DNA of 64,000 bases from Anthoceros angustus. Taxonomy: Eukaryota > Plantae > Anthocerotophyta. Under the pieces are notes generated by a model. The model made no database searches, was not told the origin of the DNA, and worked only from the letters and a program-made list of their open reading frames with translations. A program made the position numbers and the translations under genes. Position 1 is the stretch's first letter. The number at the start of each line of letters is the position of its first letter. Below are positions 62,239-64,000 of this stretch, piece after piece. Where the stretch lies: assembly GCA_010909165.1 (NCBI GenBank), contig MU008177.1:930001-994000 (forward strand), read 5' to 3'.

Positions 62239-62436
62239 TAAAACCCTAACCCTAACCCTAAACCCTTAACCCCTAAACCCTAACCCTAACCCTAAACCCT
62301 AAACCCTAAACCCTAAGCTTTGTCCTCGATAAGGATCTCATTTCCTTGAGGATTTTTCCCTCTGCTCTCTTTTCTACCCGCCTGCGGTCGTTTTTGGTTC
62401 TCTTTTTACCCTAAACCCTAAACCCTAAACCCTAAA
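62237..62436. repeat. Telomeric tracts: mixed CCCTAA/CCCTAAA at 62237-62316 and (CCCTAAA)4 at 62409-62436, separated by ~92 bp of unique sequence
   Basis: Arabidopsis-type plant telomere motif seen directly. Confidence 0.93.
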
Positions 62437-62467
62437 CTAGTTTCGCCAAAAGGCTCATCAGTGGGTA
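62429..62467 (-). ncRNA. Minimal type I hammerhead ribozyme (Penelope-type)
   Basis: Minus strand: UACCCA-CUGAUGA-GCC UUUU GGC-GAAA-CUAG-UU-UAGGGU. It has the full catalytic core, a 3-bp stem II and a palindromic stem III (AAACUAGUUU). Confidence 0.82.
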
Positions 62468-64000
62468 TAATCCTTATTACAATTGTGCAGATGGAGCACC
62501 ACATATATAGACCAAGAATGGCCAGAAATCTCGATGAGATAAAGAGTATTATCTGGATACGAGAAAAATCTAGAATAATTTAGATTAAAATAATAGGCTA
62601 AAAGATAATAGAAAAAATAGATCCCTCGAAAAATAAACTAAAGAGGCTGAACCTTGGCTCGCACCAAAACAGTACCCAATTTCTTCGGATTCCGCCAACA
62701 GACGATTGGCTTAGAAAAGAAGGACAAACGGAACTTTTTGCATTTCTGCATGGAGTATAGGGTTTAGGGAAGCCCCCAGGCATAGCGACTTACTCCAAGG
62801 GGAGTAGTCCAACTTGATTACGATGGGCCTCATCTTTGGGGCGGTGGAGCAATAAACACAGCCTACTCGGTAGGAAACCTTCGAGAAGCAAAAGCGAAAA
62901 AGCTAGGATAACCTAGCGCCTATGATAAAAGGAAAGCCGGACGGAAAGATAACCGGAGAAGGAACTCTCGCGAATCACATACCGACGGAGCTCGCTGACG
63001 ACAAAAGAAATCTTCTGGTGTCGAGGATGGAACGAGCGCCAGGGGAGATACTGGTAAATGTTGAGCTGCTTTTGGAAGCAGCGAGTGGGGAGAAGACCGG
63101 TAGAAGGGAAGTCAGGTCCCTTGAACATGGTGAAGTTCAGGAAGTCGCAGGATGAGTCAGAGATGACCCAAGTGAGATTGATGGAGGCACGAGGTCGAGT
63201 AAAACCGCATTGATCCTCCAAAAGATCCCTATCACGCCCGATAAAACCATCATCGATGAACCTTTTAAGGTCCAACAGATGGACAACAAGAGGGTGTTTA
63301 TAGGCCGACTTCAAGCAGATAAGAAGAGGCGAAGACACAAGAAAAGTGGTGCCCATGGCGTCTGCGAACCCGCACTGTAGAAAGCACCATCAAACTCTAG
63401 ATAGTTGTTGTACAGGATCAGGGAAGCCGCATCCAAGATGAGATCCGCCAAAGGTTGGAGAATGTATCCAGAGGCAATAATGCGCTCACGGAGACATCGG
63501 AGACCAAGGTCAATGGGGATACTAGGATAAAGGGATTCTACATCAAAAGAGAAGAGGAGAGAGGAAGCAGGAATCTGCTTCGACTGATAATCTCTGATGA
63601 GGGTGGTAGAATCAAGGAGGTAGGTGGCTTGGGACTTCAACACAGGAAGAAGCTGATCATGTAACCACTGGGAAAGGTGTTCAAAGACATACCCCACCGA
63701 GCTGCAGATGGGGCGGCCAACAAGCCGAGGCTTATGGACTTTGGGAATGATGTAAAAGACAGACCCGAAAACACGAGGAGGGCTCATGGAAGAGGAACGC
63801 CAGTGCGAGCATCTATGGGGACCCGAGGCCGTATCTAGACCGGAGAGAGCAACCTCTCTCAATCGTTCGAGAGGGACTACGGGACGCAGACATAACGCCG
63901 GTCAAAGAGTTGCCTAATGGCCTCGCCAAATACCAAGTGCGATCCATCAAGACAAGGCCGAGGTTCTTGTCGGCGCTTGATGACAAGGTTAGGGTTGGAG
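62437..64000 (-). mobile_element. Penelope-like retroelement (RT core plus thumb, frameshifted; 5' part beyond the window)
   Basis: FYIIPKVHKP..GRPICSS, FSFDVESLYPSIP, NNYLEFDG, AMGTTF, KRFIDDGF and YQYLPWRSFHPRHQK...SELRRY. No C-terminal GIY-YIG seen. Confidence 0.9.

Overview
Eukaryotic plant nuclear DNA with compact genes and very short introns (about 50-130 bp). This layout, the PLS-PPR debris and a telomere-linked Penelope-like element suggest a Selaginella-like lycophyte (inference only). The left half (1-31 kb) is gene-rich. Apparently intact genes: sorbitol dehydrogenase, an intronless VIPP1, CGLD11/BFA3-like, a small coiled-coil gene, plastid CGFS glutaredoxin, GCP6 and a non-copper phytocyanin. 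Decayed GDSL, subtilase and papain pseudogenes and a Copia remnant lie among them. 31-54 kb is one nested retroelement stack: a CRE-like RLE non-LTR element is split by a Copia (TSD AGGGA, 3' LTR reduced to 17 bp). That Copia carries a gag-protease-only Gypsy (TSD GCGAC) and a second Copia with TA...TA termini (TSD AAAAG). Next come a PPR pseudogene, a PFA-DSP phosphatase gene and another Copia pol remnant. After an N at 61728 come a Bacteroidetes-like AraC fragment, a (CCTGGG)n run (probably a nanopore miscall of telomere), telomeric tracts and a Penelope-like RT. The best candidate for a novel system is at that element's 3' end: a minimal hammerhead ribozyme whose predicted cleavage site coincides with the element/telomere junction and whose stem I would be completed by the telomeric repeat. 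Many indels in the repeats look like unpolished long-read errors.
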